A stretch of DNA of 52,652 nt from Deltaproteobacteria bacterium (GTDB lineage Bacteria; Desulfobacterota; Desulfomonilia; UBA1062), in NCBI GenBank assembly GCA_011372875.1, contig DSAD01000216.1, forward strand, positions 1-52,652, read 5' to 3'. A program made the translations under genes and the position numbers. The notes below the pieces were generated by a model. That model did not search any database and was not told where the DNA came from. It was given only the letters and a program-made list of their open reading frames with translations. Below are positions 51,851-52,652 of the stretch, piece after piece; positions within the stretch are counted from its first letter, which is position 1, and every line of letters starts with the position of its first letter.

Positions 51851-52652
51851 ATGGTTGTCCTTTTCCGAATCGGTCCCTAACAAGAGCCGACAGGATCAGT
51901 TTTATAGTGATGAGGGTATCCTGCCTCTTATGCCTGGCATTTGGTGATCTATCGGGCATGTTCTTTAAAAAAACGAGCCCATTCCAGGAGATTTCTATGA
52001 CGGCGGATAATACAACCCGGAGTATTCCATGCCATTTCCGGTAATACCTGAATTCGCTCCTGATACGCTGCGACACTAACTGAGTGCCCTGAGAAGACAC
52101 CTGCGAACCGGAATGTGCTGCACTCTGGCCACCCAGATGGATGACCTGCGCATGGGGATAAAAGACCACGTTCCAGAGCTTTTCCCTGGCTGTCCTGCAA
52201 TAATCGATCTCTTCGAAATAGAGAAAATATCTCTCGTCAAGAAGCCCGATCTCCTCGAGGGTTTTTCTCCGGATGAGAAAGTATGCACCGACGACCCAGC
52301 CGACCTCGCGCGGATGAGAATGGTCCCACCAGGAGAAATCAACGCGGCCGAAGATCCTGGATGCCGGATATCGTGCAGAAAGTCCGGTCATGACAAAGAT
52401 CTTGTTCAGCAACCCCGGAAGCATCCGGGCCGAGGGCTGCATGGTTCCATCCGGGTTTGTGAGTTTGCACCCAAGAATACCGATATCCGGATGTTCATCC
52501 ATGAATCTCGTAGTGGATTTCAATACCCCTTCGGTGAGGTATGCGTCTGAATTCAAGAGCAGGATATACCTTCCCGCGGCCCTTGTTATTCCCTCGTTGT
52601 TCCCTGCAGCGAATCCTTTGTTCGTGTCCAGACATATGAGTCTGATCCGGGG
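51813..52652 (-). CDS. Family-2 glycosyltransferase, 5' end outside the window
   Basis: The frame stays open to the window edge and reads PRIRLICLDTNKGFAAGNNEGITRAAGRYILLLNSDAYL, which covers the GT2 core and a DxD-type motif. The ORF-track start at 52556 is an internal TTG. Confidence 0.8.
   Translation of the reverse strand, partial: PRIRLICLDTNKGFAAGNNEGITRAAGRYILLLNSDAYLTEGVLKSTTRFMDEHPDIGILGCKLTNPDGTMQPSARMLPGLLNKIFVMTGLSARYPASRIFGRVDFSWWDHSHPREVGWVVGAYFLIRRKTLEEIGLLDERYFLYFEEIDYCRTAREKLWNVVFYPHAQVIHLGGQSAAHSGSQVSSQGTQLVSQRIRSEFRYYRKWHGILRVVLSAVIEISWNGLVFLKNMPDRSPNARHKRQDTLITIKLILSALVRDRFGKGQPYGPVQQASASHR

Noticed and set aside
43274-52652. The exosortase/EPS region as a mobile genomic island.
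   Set aside because: No integrase, transposase, tRNA gene or flanking direct repeats were seen. Only the TagA-STAS gene is clearly AT-richer in the sample lines I counted. The compositional hint is noted in the findings, but an island call is not supported.

Overview
This is a 52.6 kb chromosomal segment, apparently from a Desulfobacterota-type anaerobe. That placement is an inference from gene content: a Bat/MoxR aerotolerance operon, an AhbA/B-like siroheme decarboxylase next to hemL, a split atpZ-atpI-atpB-atpE operon and an exosortase/PEP-CTERM locus. No rRNA, tRNA, CRISPR array, transposase or prophage was recognised.

Gene order:
- PAS histidine kinase (5' partial) and a sigma54-dependent response regulator
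- pncA
- minus-strand chemosensory-like operon: soluble MCP-like protein, STAS protein, CheY, CheA
- complete Bat-type operon: MoxR, DUF58, DUF4381-like protein, two vWA proteins, TPR protein, BatD, TPR/SH3 protein
- orphan ORF, then copZ-copA
- GntR regulator, cytoplasmic molybdopterin oxidoreductase and Zn-alcohol dehydrogenase
- orphan ABC-type binding protein, then glnS
- atpZIBE
- Bax-like glucosaminidase and a polysaccharide deacetylase
- ahb-like gene, hemL, lon and a short GlmU-like gene
- mreBCD-mrdA-rodA
- exosortase/EPS locus: TagA-family glycosyltransferase fused to two STAS domains, EpsI, a small membrane protein, exosortase, TPR protein, PEP-CTERM/DUF4114 substrate, GT2, two hexapeptide acyltransferases, and a GT2 truncated by the window edge

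Most worth following up:
1. The Che-like operon. Its CheA carries a tandem MshEN/T2SSE_N-like motif pair, and its soluble MCP-like protein carries a CheZ-like F-x-D-I-T-x-Q motif.
2. The TagA-STAS-STAS fusion beside a three-ORF split exosortase module.
3. A partner-less cytoplasmic Mo/W enzyme module under a GntR regulator.
4. A composite REP-like intergenic repeat family present at four loci.
5. A truncated tRNA-binding-domain remnant abutting glnS.

All functional calls come from motif recognition by eye in the supplied translations. No database search was run.
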